DNA of 62,849 nt, the filler included, from Octopus bimaculoides (Eukaryota), in NCBI RefSeq assembly GCF_001194135.2. It is 4 parts of 4 records of this genome, joined end to end, with 100 filler letters (N's around TTAATTAATTAA, not from the genome) between each part and the next. Parts side by side here need not be neighbours in the genome. Positions count along the whole stretch, not along the records: positions 15,379 to 38,771 come from NC_068983.1; 3 more parts are not named here. One strand, written 5' to 3'. Shown in pieces: positions 24,403 through 38,561 of this stretch. The translations under genes and the position numbers were made by a program. How positions within the stretch are numbered: position 1 is the first letter of the stretch; each line of letters opens with the position of its first letter. The notes under the pieces are model-generated. The model did not search any database, was not told the DNA's origin, and worked only from the letters and a program-made list of their open reading frames with translations.

Positions 24403-25130
24403 ACAAATGTAGAAATATAAACAGGAATAACAACAATGCCAATAGTAATTTAACACATTCTACAAATAAATATAATTTGACTCTTCCACTAATTTCAAAA
24501 CACGCTACTTAATGCAGGTCAGTTCATTTTCTAATATTCACCACAAACCTTTCACTGCTTTAGCGAATTATACCCATTACCTCAAGGATAATAGTATTTC
24601 CTATAATATACCTTGGTATGTTAATTGGACCAGAAGTCTTTAGCAAGTTTGTCACACTACGCACAATCTACGCAGGTAGTCTCTGAACATATTACGTGAG
24701 AACAGACATCTTCTTCACGAACGACGTGAGGCAATGGCGTTATGCAGATTTCGACTTTTTCACGTTTTCTTTTTACCACGGATCAGTATTTTCTTCTCGT
24801 CTTAGATGACTGTAAACCTGTATTTCAAATTAACATCTTACTCCTAGATTTTATATATGATTCTTCATCTATTTACATGTATAGTCTAAGCCTAATTAGA
24901 ATTATCACATTCCTTTATTTCTACGGTACCTTAACATCTTTATATTTCTCTTATCACTTATATAATTATAATCTTATAGACCACCACCACCCCACCCCTC
25001 GCGTCTTGCATTTTCTAATTTATCTCACATATATATTTTACCTTCTTTTTCTTTTATTTTCTTAATCCTCGTGTTTTAACTCCTTGCATTTTTGCTTACA
25101 CGCTTCAAAATTTAAAGTGTATTTTTTCTA

Positions 25131-25337
25131 CTCGAGGCACAAGGCCTGAAATTTGGGGGAGGGAAAGCCAGTCGATTAGACCGACCCCAGTACGCAACTG
25201 GTACTTACTTTATCGACCCCGAAAGGATGAAAGGCAAAGTCGACCTCGGCGGAACCTGAACTCAGAACATAAAGACAGATGAAACACCGGTAAACATTTC
25301 GCCCGGCGTGCTTACGATTCTGCCAGCTCTCCGCCTT
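25131..25337 (-). mobile_element. SINE family D, full length
   Basis: Minus strand reads AAGGCGGAGAGCTGGCAGAATCGTAAGCACGCCGGGCGAAATG...CTTTCATCCTTTCGGGGTCGATAA...CCTTGTGCCTCGAG. Confidence 0.92.
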
Positions 25338-25701
25338 TCAATATTTAAAATGTCTGCCAAATATTCATTCAGCAGATAGCAGGAGATGCCTATCTTTTCT
25401 TCCTATTCTATTTCTTTCTGTTTTCTTTCTTTGCAGGAATTCCCTTTGATCCCCCTTTTCAACTCTATTCTCCTCAAACCTAGATTTGTGATTGTTGACT
25501 AACCGCTTTTATAACTTTATAACTTTATAACTTTTCAGTTTTCTTCTCACATTTTACTCTTACCCTTTTTCCCTTTCCTTCTTACATTTTTCTATTATAA
25601 TCTCTTCCCTAATTTCTCTCTCCCTTACTTTTATTTACATGTTCTCGTTCTTGATCTCACAACCTTTTTTTGCGTATCGGTTTGATACCTTACCACTACG
25701 T

Positions 25702-25792
<91 letters not shown>

Positions 25793-26165
25793 TTTGATGT
25801 TTTTATATTCTCCAGCGTCGGTTTCCTGCTAAATAACTTGCTTCTTGCCTCCCTTTCTCCCTTTCTTCTGAAGAGAAAATTCCGCTTTTCAACGTTTCCA
25901 TACTAACGAATTCCATATTAATGAATCTTGATGATAATTTCTAACAGCATGATATGTATTCTTATATCGGAATGTGCACTCAACTGCGTAATACACATTA
26001 CGGCACTCAACAGTCGATGAATGTCCAAAACAGCTGCAAATCTACCCTATTGTAACGTTACATATTACTTTCGATCTTAATTTTATTATAATAATTTCAT
26101 ACTTGTGAAGGAAGTTCCATGTGGCTTGGTCCTGCGTATCTATTTATCATTACTTCCATATATTC

Positions 26166-26378
26166 AAGGCGGTGAGCTGGCAGGATCTTCAGCAAACTGG
26201 ACAAAACGCTTAGCGCCAGTTTGTCCATGTTTACATTCTGGGTTTAAATCCTGCCGAGATCCACTTTACTCTTCATCCTTTCGAGGTCGATAAAATAAGT
26301 ACCAGTTGAACTGGCTCAGAGTAATCGATAATGCTCCTTCCCAAAATTCCAGACCTTGTGCCTATAGTAGTAAGGATT
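26166..26378 (+). mobile_element. SINE family D
   Basis: AAGGCGGTGAGCTGGCAG...TTCATCCTTTCGAGGTCGATAAAATAAGTACCAG...CCTTGTGCCTATAGTAG. Confidence 0.88.
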
Positions 26379-26876
26379 TTTTCCACATTTACGTATTTAT
26401 TGTAGGTACATGTAATCAAAATTTTAATGCCACAATCATTTGATTTTTTAATGGTGGTGGTGGGGAGGTGCAAAAACAGTCGTTTCTATTTTTATACATA
26501 CTCACAAGTTACCATTAGTTTCGTGTAAGTTATTGCTCTTAGCAATGTAGGCGATTCATTTGACTGTTGGCCGGAAGCACATAACCTTCTTAATTTAATA
26601 GTACAAACTAGGTCAGCAAGGTTGTGAAAAAAAAAAAAAAATCAAAGCCTGAAACGAAATTCTTCGAAGCGAAAAGTTTCTTCTACTGCTTCAGATGGAG
26701 TTATCTCGCTTTGACCTACTCCAGTTGTGTCCGAAAATGGTCAATTAATGTACGATTTCCGCTCACTAATCAGCAAATTTGGAGAAATACAATTTCTTCA
26801 ACATGAAATTTCACTTTTGAGGGCACTGACTAAACACCTCCTTTTTGGAATATAATAAGGTCCCTGAGTAAAGCTA

Positions 26877-26916
<40 letters not shown>

Positions 26917-27577
26917 AAGCAGTCTTTATATCCAGCTTAGCATGATGCCTACTTACAACACAGAATGCTGCGTTATTAGTATTGAAAAATCCTCTTATAT
27001 AGACACTTTGTGCTTAAAGGCACACACCTAGATCGTATATGAAAATCGTTTGTCATGGGCGCACGGATTCCTATATCACGCGATTTCTTCCCCACCTCCC
27101 AACACCCTCACATCACACCACACCAATACCCTNNNNNNNNNNNNNNNNNNNNNNNNNNNNNNNNNNNNNNNNNNNNNNNNNNNNNNNNNNNNNNNNNNNN
27201 NNNNNNNNNNNNNNNNNNNNNNNNNNNNNNNNNNNNNNNNNNNNNNNNNNNNNNNNNNNNNNNNNNNNNNNNNNNNNNNNNNNNNNNNNNNNNNNNNNNN
27301 NNNNNNNNNNNNNNNNNNNNNNNNNNNNNNNNNNNNNNNNNNNNNNNNNNNNNNNNNNNNNNNNNNNNNNNNNNNNNNNNNNNNNNNNNNNNNNNNNNNN
27401 NNNNNNNNNNNNNNNNNNNNNNNNNNNNNNNNNNNNNNNNNNNNNNNNNNNNNNNNNNNNNNNNNNNNNNNNNNNNNNNNNNNNNNNNNNNNNNNNNNNN
27501 NNNNNNNNNNNNNNNNNNNNNNNNNNNNNNNNNNNNNNNNNNNNNNNNNNNNNNNNNNNNNNNNNNNNNNNNNNNNN

Positions 27578-27642
<65 letters not shown>

Positions 27643-29038
27643 TACATATATATCTATGTATATATTTATCTACCCACCTCTCTAACACTTTCTCCCAATA
27701 TACCTCGTTGGCGATTTGTCATTGACTTTACAGAAATGACTTTGTATCACTAAACAAAATGAGTTACATACATTCCTCAACTGTCATAATGTCTTTACTT
27801 TGCCAGTTACGTGGGTGTGAATTCTAAGCTTTTCATCTCTTATACAGAGAAGTAGTCATTCTGGTTGGGCGAATAATTAATAAATATGCTGTTGTCATTT
27901 GTGTCATGATATCAGGTTTATTACGTGTTATCACCTTTCCTATCATCATACTAAAATTTCATTGTAATTTTAAATTGTCATCGTTCCAGCTCGTTGTCAT
28001 CATCGTCGTCTTCTCCCTCTTCTTCTTCTTGTTTCCCCTCCTTCTCTTCTTTTATTCCTTCTTTTCCGCCTCCATTTTCTTCTTTTTCTTCTACTTATCC
28101 TTTTATATGATCGCCTTCGATTAAAGCTGTCAATGTCGGTCTCTCACAATTTACATGGCGTAGTGGAGGGACTTTGTTTCGTTTTCTCAAAAAGCAACAT
28201 TGAGATATCTGAGAGTTTGCCACATTTCTTTGAGGTAGAAATATATGGATTGATCATTATATTGACAATTTTACAATTAATATTTTTGAAAATATTATTT
28301 ACATGTTATAGAAGATGTTATAGTTTTTTGTCATTTTTTTGTGACCTATCGGAAATATATGCTAGCCACAAAGTTGGAAGTAATCAATTTGCCCACAAGG
28401 ACAGTTAGAAATGGAAAACAGAGGAAAGTAGAAGACATCAGAGAAAAAGAAGTTAACGTATTTAAAATAAAATCATATATTCAGACTTTAATAAACACAT
28501 TGAAAATATAAATTTTATTTCTGGGTATACTTGTAAATACGTACTTTTGAACTTTAACATATACAAGTGGTGATAGCCAAAATCTTAAGAACAAAGGAAG
28601 CAGCAGCGACAGCGGAAACTTTTCAAAGCCCAAACAAATTTGGAAATGAAACAGATTATGGGGAAAATAAGAATATTAGAAAGATAATCACAGAAACGTA
28701 ATCTTTTTGCTCGACTATATTAGCAAAGAGTAAAATAACTGACAGAAGTTTGATTCTCAGAAATCAAAGAGTCCTTACATACACCAAAGTGGGAGTAGAT
28801 GGGAGATCTATAGACGATGAATGATATGGTGTTTGATTATCTACTGAGGCATAATATAAAACAATATTAATCTAATGTTTGAGATTGGTAACAGGCAACA
28901 AATTAGCCTAGTACGTATGGAAACCTAGCTATCAGAAACAGTAGTACGGAATTAAACAAGAATGTCGTAACGATTTCAGCATACAATGGAAAAGAAAGAC
29001 GGTGAGTGTGGATTTAATAAGCAACGAGGTACCAGTAG

Positions 29039-29069
<31 letters not shown>

Positions 29070-29071
<2 letters not shown>

Positions 29072-29513
29072 AGGTGCTGTGAAAACAGAGTATTGTACCT
29101 AGAGAAATACAAGGGTTTTTCTTACATTTTGAATAAGGAGTTATGGAGAACAAGATAAAACTTTGATACAAAAAAGTACAAATGCACTTCATCCTATATC
29201 ATCCGTTATGGTTCGACAGGAAACACAATTATAACGTGTAAATCAATTATAACGTGAAAGGAAATCACTTCCTTGAAAGGAATAGATCTTGTAGCCGATA
29301 CATAAAAAAGGAAGTATGTTTTGTTGTTTCACGGAAGTGATTTACACGTTATAATTGTGTTTCCTGTCGAACCATAACTGATGATATAGGATGAGGTGCA
29401 TTTGTACTTTTTTGTATCAAAGTTTTATCTTGTTCTCCATAACTCTTTATTCAACATATAAGAAAAAACCCTTGTATTTCTCTAGGTACAATACTCTGTT
29501 TTCACAGCACCTT
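29070..29513. mobile_element. Foldback MITE (about 440 bp; arms about 180-200 bp; spacer about 60 bp)
   Basis: TA-AGGTGCTGTGAAAACAGAG...CTCTGTTTTCACAGCACCT-TA. The arms are more than 90% complementary, with TA at both ends. Confidence 0.85.
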
Positions 29514-29806
29514 AGTATTAAGAATAAAGAAACACAAACCAGAAATCAAAATTGTTTCGTTGCTATGAGCTAAATATAGATCACAACTTACCTTTAGAAA
29601 TGTTATATATAATCCTTATTAGTAAATCGATTGCGTGCACGGTATATTGACTGCTATTTTTTCAGTTAAGCAATAATGATTCAATAAGACACGGAAAAAG
29701 CAGATGGCTCGCAAATGAAAGTGTCACTTATCCAGACGGGTGAGCAAGTATTACATCTTAACTGTAAATTACGTATATTTTGTCGAGTCAGGTATTCAAT
29801 AGGCAA

Positions 29807-29854
<48 letters not shown>

Positions 29855-30786
29855 TTGTGTGAGTGTGTGTGCGTGTGTGTGTATAATGCGTAATATTTTT
29901 TGCTGTTTCAATTTGTTATCAGTAGCGTAACTCGTGATTACTAAACTATATTTACAAAGCACTGATTAAAAAAAAGTCTAAAGTCTATTACTTAGGTTAG
30001 ATAATAATTTCTCTGCTGTTCTTTTTTTTTTATTTTTGTATGAGAGAAAATACTATATGAATAAATTAATTGGCTGACATTTTATTTTCGTTTATTTATT
30101 TATTTATTGTTATTTTATACAGCTAAATCATCAGTTTCGATTATTTTCTGTCTATGGGTTAGAGACCCTGATTCACGAAGGTGTTATTGAGTGCAGAATG
30201 TACTCAGACACATATATGGTCGCGCACACATGCGCATATGCATAACTATCGCTATCTGTATGTTATGCGTCCATGTAGATGTGTGTATGTGACTGTTCAT
30301 GTGTGTGCGTGTTTGTTATGATGGGTGTGTATTTACGTGTGATCAGGTGTGATATCTTTGATAACTTTCATACGTCTTCGGTTTCATGTTATGTGTCAGT
30401 GACAATTACGTCAAAGTTGTTAAGAGTACTTTATCTTTACTAACGTATATAAATCTTCATAATGCATTATCCTATATAGCCTGATGCATAGAGCAGTATC
30501 AGTAATTGACAATATCTATTTGCATTCAAAAAAATTATTCGAATTTGGTGTAGGATGTGTGGAAGAGCCTATTTGAGAGATTCTAAAACCTTGTAGGAAT
30601 AGCAATAACTCTGTTCCATGAAAATCCTTCATGGTTTTGTACTTTTTATTTGTGTGGTTTGTTGAATATTTAGGCCCCAGCTAAGTCACCCTCTAATAAG
30701 AGAAGGCTATTTGCCGGAAATGTGTTGATTGTGGCTCGTAGGTTTTGATAATGGTTAAACATCTCCTTCTTTTATCTTAGACTTCT

Positions 30787-30981
30787 TTCAGTCTTTAAAC
30801 TGCAGCCATGATGGGGCGCCGCCTCAAAGAACTTTTAGTTGACTGTATCGACCCCAGCACTTATATTTCTAAAGCCTGATACCTCATCTATCGGTCTCTT
30901 TTTGCTAAGACACTAAGTTACAGAGATGTAAACTCACCAGCACGGTTTCAAGCGTTGTAAGGGGAAAAGCACAGATAGACA

Positions 30982-31016
<35 letters not shown>

Positions 31017-31272
31017 NNNNNNNNNNNNNNNNNNNNNNNNNNNNNNNNNNNNNNNNNNNNNNNNNNNNNNNNNNNNNNNATATATATATATATATATATA
31101 TATACTTATATACGACGGGCTTCTTTCAGTTTCTGTCTACTAAATCCACTCACAAAGCTTTGGTCTGCCCGAAGCTATTGTAGAAGACACTTGCCCAGGG
31201 GACAGTGGGACTGAACCCGGAACCATGTGGTGAGAAGCAACCTTCTTACCATCTAGCCACACCTGCGCCTAT
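30787..31272 (-). mobile_element. SINE family C (small internal gap)
   Basis: Colinear with 24021-24402. Confidence 0.88.
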
Positions 31273-31344
31273 AGCTTCTTACCATCTAGCCAAGCCTGTG
31301 CCTATGGCCACATCTGCGCCTATGATTATGGAAGTTCGTTTCAT

Positions 31345-31560
31345 GGAGATTTGCAGCAGAAATGACTGTTGCTAAATTACCTAACAAACCAATTTTCACG
31401 ACAAGCACACTACATTTTCCGTTTCTGATGCAGACAATAACTGCTTTTGGAGAAATTAGGAAAGCTACTCCTCCTGTAGCAGCATTTCTATTGTTCTCCA
31501 AAATCAATGATCGTATGAGAATGTATCTATCAAATGAATCCTGCATAAGCGGCTCATCCT
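31345..31560 (-). mobile_element. Decayed LINE AP-endonuclease fragment (RTE-like)
   Basis: NAATGGVAFLISPKA...LVVKIGLLGNLATVISA resembles the APE motifs GGVG.LLSP.A and GNP.TTVIS.YSP. Confidence 0.55.
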
Positions 31561-32213
31561 GTGTTTCGATGATCCTCTAGGAGAAAGACGTTAGTGCTAC
31601 ACAGTATGTTAGTGCTAACATATTATTCATGTTCTCCCTTCTTCTCGGTAATATTCAGTATCTTAATATCAATCGTTCTAATAACAAGATTTCGTAAAGT
31701 ATAACCGAAGCTGTGTTCATTAAGTACAACCGTCATGTAAACAAGGACGGTGGAGGCATTCATATGGGAACTAATGTTCACTCATAAGTGAGCATAACTA
31801 ATTAGATCTTGATGTCCATGCATGTGAATTCACTTTTTCTATTTGCTGATAGTCTAATGAAACAAAACTACTTTACTAATTTATTCTTTATTTATTTTTT
31901 GTTTTTGTTATGGTTTGATCCTTAAACATTGACGTCCATAGTCCAGTCTTACATATCGCAGCTTTCCTCTTACTTGGGCATGACTCTAGCATTTTGACTT
32001 CTGATTCTTTGTGCAACGTTTACTGTTCGTTACTGTTTACTGTAATGTTTACTGTTCGTTAATAGCTTGCTACTGGTTGAATATTATGATCTATGGCTTA
32101 AAGAGAGGTCCATTCACAACATTTGGAACGGGTTGATCAATGCTCCTGAATCTGCAGAATTTGGGAGACTCTACCATAAACGGAAAAGGCACTGTACATC
32201 AAAGCAAGATAGC

Positions 32214-32535
32214 AATGGGTTGGCAACTAAGTTCCCGCCGTTTTTTAATTTAAATTTTTTAAAGGTTTAATAAAAATTAGCAACTAATTAATCAATAGTG
32301 TATTCACCCTTGTTGTTTACAACTTCTTCCCAACGTTCAACAAGATTTTCAATACCTCATTGGTAGAAATCACCCGATTTCGACTCGAAAAATTGATCCA
32401 ACCAAGTTCTCAATTCTGCGTCAGTATTGAACGAAACTCAGCGCATAGCATTTGAAAGAGATCGAAAGAGGTGGAAATCCGTTGGTTGCCAAATCAGGAG
32501 AGTACAGTGGGTGTGGCAGCACTCCCCAGCGGCCA
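32214..32535 (-). mobile_element. Mariner transposon 3' end: transposase C terminus plus terminal inverted repeat
   Basis: Translation WGVLPHPLYSPDLA/PTDFHLFRSLSNAMR*...GIENLVERWEEVVNNKGEYTID* (one frameshift, two internal stops). Followed by a terminal-repeat-like GGGTTGGCAACTAAGTTCCC at about 32217-32236. Confidence 0.92.
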
Positions 32536-32861
32536 TTTTCGTATAATAATAATTTCCGTGTATGATAAATTATGTTAACATGTCTGAATTAATATGCATT
32601 CCACGCATTATATTATACAAACAAAATATATTCACAAATCATGCAAATAAAGGAAGCTAGCTTATCAGATCATCAGGGCAACGGTTCACCTCAACGATTA
32701 TATTGTATAATGGGTAATATGCATATTAATGCAGACATGTAAACAAAGTTTATTATACACTAAAATTATTATTACATGAAGAAGGCTGTGAAAACTGCTG
32801 TAACCCCAAGAAAGCCAAGTGGTTAAATAAATATATTCACTTCTCATGCGTCCTGGTATTT

Positions 32862-32917
<56 letters not shown>

Positions 32918-32955
32918 NNNNNNNNNNNNNNNNNNNNNNNNNNNNNNNNNNNNNN

Positions 32956-33036
<81 letters not shown>

Positions 33037-33876
33037 CACACACACACACACACACACATATGAATATATTTTTATATTGTTTGCTATGCCTTGCAGTTCG
33101 TGTGACATCGTATAAGTTTCCTCGATGTCGCATGCTGTTTATTGTCAAACAATTTGATGCACTGAAGTATTGTTGAATAAATTGCACTATCTCGCATTTC
33201 ATAGATTGCAGTCCTAACAAATATCCATAGATCTTCAGAACTTGGGATAATTGTTGGAACGCTTGTGCACATGGTTCTCCTTGATATAAACTGAGATGCT
33301 AGTAGCAATTGCTATATCAGCTCTGAATTTAACTTCTACGCTAGCAAATTTGGATGTTAATCGGTTAAAAGTAACCAAAAGGAAGTGGAGCCGATCCTTT
33401 TTATAGTCGAAAGCGTGCCAGTCAGTATTAGGCCCAGAGTATATACTTTTCTTCTTACGTATTTTGTAGCAAAACAACGAAACAGTACGAAAATAATATC
33501 GCAGTGGTAGGGCTGGAAACTAAATAGACACATAATTTGGCTGCCTCCAATACCAAGATCAAATCTAAACATTTCACAGAATAAATGAAATAAATGAAAG
33601 GAATCTTCTGAAACGAATAAATTCTATAAACTGCATAGATGATATGCTGCTTCGTTCGATGTTTACTGGAATGAAGTTAGCTTTGATGTTCAACATTCTG
33701 AATAAGAACACCAATAACAGCTACCTCTCCTCGACCCTTCGCTACCCTATCCATTTTCGAGAAATAACGAGTAAACAGCATGCCAACTAAACAATATTTT
33801 TTCATAACAGAACTTACTAATTCTAGCTGCGTCATGCAGTGATTGAATATTTGATTTCATAATAATAATAATAATG

Positions 33877-33936
<60 letters not shown>

Positions 33937-33943
33937 GAAATAG

Positions 33944-34009
<66 letters not shown>

Positions 34010-34013
<4 letters not shown>

Positions 34014-34478
34014 TCCAATCGATATAAACGTAACTGTCAAGACCTACCAAAAACTGAGCAAATATAAAGATCTTGAAATAGAAATTAGCAAAATGTGGAA
34101 TCTGAAGACAAAAACAATACCTATTGTCATAGGTGCCCTGGGAATGACAGCGAAACGAGCTGATTACTATCTATCTCAGATACCAGGAAACCCCAAAATG
34201 GCTGAAGTTCAAAAGATAGTGCTCATGGGAACTGCCCATATCCTACGTAAAATACTGTCTATGTAATCTCAAATTTTCAAGCAAACACATAATTTTCTTA
34301 TGGTTCCTTAAACATTCACTAGAACAAAACTGTACAAATCCAAATATATGGTACCCTAGGCATAACACCTACATGAACTTCTAACTTGTTGTCTCTTGAG
34401 GTCTCTGGGTGAGACTTGGATCCAACTTGTACAAATGCAAAACAAAAGTCAAACATAAAATAATAATAATAATAATAA
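34010..34478 (+). mobile_element. 5'-truncated R4/Dong-clade LINE 3' end, embedded in (AAT)n
   Basis: Translation KLSKYKDLEIEISKMWNLKTKTIPIVIGALG...GTAHILRKILSM*, then a UTR and a (TAA)n tail at 34459-34478. (AAT)n also lies upstream at 33860-34008. Confidence 0.88.
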
Positions 34479-35733
34479 TTTGATCCGATGTTGCATAAAT
34501 TTCTAATCTAAAATTTGATAATTAAAAACTTTTGTTTTCTCACTTTTTATATAGAAATCTTTCTAAAGTAGGCAAGGTAAATAAACAAAACTTGGAGAAA
34601 ACGAAAAATGGAAATGGAAGGAAAGGAATAAAATTAATAATGTTATTATTACTATATTTTTCTTCTATTTTGCTAGCAAGATAACGGAAAAGCTAATGAA
34701 GGAAATATAGCGAAAAAATTGGCTATAAAATACCAGCAAGTCAGCTACTACCGTAAATAAAACTATTTTTAAACGATTCATAAAGCCAAAAAATAATTAT
34801 TCTCATTTATAGTATATCAATTGCTGAATTATTTTGAAGTCAAAATTTGTGAGTGATCAGTCAATAGACTTTTAGATTTTATGTATATAGCAGCTAGTAT
34901 GAGTATGATACAAAGTATAAGATCTAGGAGTGGCGATAAACAGAAAATATAACGATGGAATGAGTGTTTCTTTGAGTATACATGTGTTTATTTCTGTGCA
35001 TAATAGGCAGTATGTGAGTATAATTTTGAATGTGTATGTAAGTAAATATTATCAGTTTTCGTATGAATGTTATAGTATGTAGATGCGTGAATGAAAGTAT
35101 ATCTGGGTATAACTTGTATGTGTGTATAGTACTGAAAGTGTCTTTGAATGTGCTTCATACATAATATTAATCTTTATATATAAAAGAACATGTAAATTTG
35201 TGTGAATGTTTGGGCAGGTATATTTCTAATTGTGTGCGTGAAATTGCATGTTTTACGTAGTTGAGATTATACTCTTAAAATGTGTGAATATATGATTAGC
35301 ATTCGGTGCTATTTTTTTCATAATTGAATTGTGCGCATTTGCGGTTGTTTACATCAGTGTCATCCGTCAACATGCAGAAATATTATTGACATCGTGATAT
35401 TGATATGACAGTATCGTGATCATAAGTCATTGTTGATAAAGTAGTTGACACAGGTGATAATGCTGTTGAACATAGCAATAGCGTTGATTTCTTTGATTGT
35501 TATGTTGCATGTTGCAGATGCTAATTCCTAATATTGTTAATAATAATATTGTTCATGGACTTCAATTCGTAGTAGGGAAGGTAGTGGTATTACTGGTAGG
35601 AAATGAGTTGGAGATAGTGGTTATAGCACTGTCATAATGTAGGCGTTGTAGTGTTGTTCGTATGCAAATGGTGGAAAGTAATATTAAATATCAATTTTGC
35701 TTCAGGATGTTTAAAAGTAGTGAATATATACCG

Positions 35734-35798
<65 letters not shown>

Positions 35799-35824
35799 GT
35801 GTGCGTGTATACATNNNNNNNNNN

Positions 35825-35873
<49 letters not shown>

Positions 35874-36070
35874 GGTATGTATATGTATATGTATGTATGT
35901 ATGGTTACATATATGTCCAGTCATACAATGGCCAAGGGTTTCGTACCCAGAAAACGCTTAGCAATATAGATGGACGGACATATAATTAACCTCATATAGA
36001 TACATTGCAGCTATCTTTAAGAGTGTACGTCTTTTCGGATATATGATCCAAGGATGATACATATTATATC

Positions 36071-36140
<70 letters not shown>

Positions 36141-36299
36141 TATGTCTATGCATTTGTCTTGCAAGTTTCCTGATGTGAAATCGTATGTTGAAACAGATAT
36201 TGTTATATTTTGGGTTGGTCATTTTTCTTTTCTTGCCAAATAAATAAATGCGTATTTATTCAGCAAGAAAAAGTTACCATCTTGTAGCCCGGGGGGAAT

Positions 36300-36655
36300 T
36301 GCAACCCCTGAGTCAAAATCAGCGCGTAACGTGGGCATTGACATGAGCAATGATGCATCATTCCAAATGCATATTACCTATCTGGTAATGAAACGCAGAC
36401 GGCCAGCTGGATGGAACCCCCAAAATTTCAAAACAAGAGAAAAGAGGACAATGATGGTCCTTTGGAGGGCATACGTCTTCAGCCACTTGGACTACTGCTC
36501 CCAACTATGGTCAACACACAATATAAAATTAATGGCGGAACATGATGCAATCCAACGAAGCTACACAAAGAAAATCGTCTCATTGCAACGTAACAACTAC
36601 TGGGAAAGGCTGAAACAATTAAAACTCTTCTCCAAAGAACGAATGCAGGAGAAAT
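36300..36655 (+). mobile_element. CR1/L2-like LINE ORF2 C-terminal fragment
   Basis: Translation LWRAYVFSHLDYCSQLWS...IQRSYTKKI...YWERLKQLKLFSKERMQEKY. Confidence 0.85.
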
Positions 36656-36679
36656 ATGCAGTGATACACACAGTGCGAC

Positions 36680-36842
36680 ATGGCTGGCCCTTTGAAATAT
36701 AGGTACTACTATGATTTAAGTGAATTGCAACAACGTGAAATAATGTGTGTTGCTCAAGGACACAACAGGTCACCGGGATTTGAACTCACTACCTTACAAT
36801 TGTGAGCCGAATGCCCTAACCACTAAGCCTCGAGCCTTCACA
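36680..36842 (-). mobile_element. SINE family B, 5' part
   Basis: TTGCTCAAGGACACAAC...GAACTCAC...CCCTAACCACTAAGCC...CCTTCA. Confidence 0.8.
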
Positions 36843-36866
36843 TATTTATAATTATATATAAATATG

Positions 36867-36904
<38 letters not shown>

Positions 36905-38561
36905 NNNNNNNNNNNNNNNNNNNNNNNNNNNNNNNNNNNNNNNNNNNNNNNNNNNNNNNNNNNNNNNNNNNNNNNNNNNNNNNNNNNNNNNNNNNNNNNN
37001 NNNNNNNNNNNNNNNNNNNNNNNNNNNNNNNNNNNNNNNNNNNNNNNNNNNNNNNNNNNNNNNNNNNNNNNNNNNNNNNNNNNNNNNNNNNNNNNNNNNN
37101 NNNNNNNNNNNNNNNNNNNNNNNNNNNNNNNNNNNNNNNNNNNNNNNNNNNNNNNNNNNNNNNNNNNNNNNNNNNNNNNNNNNNNNNNNNNNNNNNNNNN
37201 NNNNNNNNNNNNNNNNNNNNNNNNNNNNNNNNNNNNNNNNNNNNNNNNNNNNNNNNNNNNNNNNNNNNNNNNNNNNNNNNNNNNNNNNNNNNNNNNNNNN
37301 NNNNNNNNNNNNNNNNNNNNNNNNNNNNNNNNNNNNNNNNNNNNNNNNNNNNNNNNNNNNNNNNNNNNNNNNNNNNNNNNNNNNNNNNNNNNNNNNNNNN
37401 NNNNNNNNNNNNNNNNNNNNNNNNNNNNNNNNNNNNNNNNNNNNNNNNNNNNNNNNNNNNNNNNNNNNNNNNNNNNNNNNNNNNNNNNNNNNNNNNNNNN
37501 NNNNNNNNNNNNNNNNNNNNNNNNNNNNNNNNNNNNNNNNNNNNNNNNNNNNNNNNNNNNNNNNNNNNNNNNNNNNNNNNNNNNNNNNNNNNNNNNNNNN
37601 NNNNNNNNNNNNNNNNNNNNNNNNNNNNNNNNNNNNNNNNNNNNNNNNNNNNNNNNNNNNNNNNNNNNNNNNNNNNNNNNNNNNNNNNNNNNNNNNNNNN
37701 NNNNNNNNNNNNNNNNNNNNNNNNNNNNNNNNNNNNNNNNNNNNNNNNNNNNNNNNNNNNNNNNNNNNNNNNNNNNNNNNNNNNNNNNNNNNNNNNNNNN
37801 NNNNNNNNNNNNAGGTACTGAGAAACCTGGATGTTTGTACATTTACAGATTTTTATTAACGTCACATATTAAATGAAGCGCTTTTCACCTAGTCGTGTAG
37901 GTTTTTCACATTGTTTTGAGAAAACTTTATGGCGGGTCTCTTCATATAGTTTTATTGAGTGTGTAGGGGTGGAGAGAGAGATATATAGGATAGTAAGAGA
38001 GGGTGAGGAGTAGTGAGAGAGAGAGAGAGAGAGTGTGTGTGTGTGTGTGTTTGTGAGTGTGTGTTTTTTTGTGTTGGTGTGTGTGTCTGTGTGTGAGTGT
38101 GTGTGTCGATGGGAAAGAGAAAAGAAGAAAATTGGGTTCACAGCTGGTTAGTTCTTTTCAATGACAAGTTTATTTTTAGCCTTTTAAAGGAATGGCAAAA
38201 GCAGGTGTTGTCGTTTTGAAGTTGCTTTTCAAAAAGAATCTTTGGTTTCATTGTCTAGTAAGAGAGTGTGGGAGCGTTTTTGTGTGTGTGTGTGTGTTTG
38301 TGTATGTATGCGTGTGTGCGTGTGTCTGTGCGTGTGTATTTGAAAGGTGTGGCAGTGGGAAGGGGAGGGAAGAAGAAGATTCTGTTTACAGTTTACAGTT
38401 GGCCAGTTCCTGCTGTGACAAATTCTTGGTATTCTTTGGTATCATTGTCCAGCGATAGAGAGAGTGCGTGTGTGTGTGTGTTTGTGTGTGTGTCCGTGCG
38501 TGCGTGTGTGTCTGAAAGGGGTGTAAAACGGAAGGAAGGAATTGTGATGATATCTATACAG

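Noticed and set aside
33084-33308. EMRD and RGNLYDV words resembling kinase-homology exons
   Set aside because: They are in different frames, lack flanking splice sites, and have no surrounding similarity.
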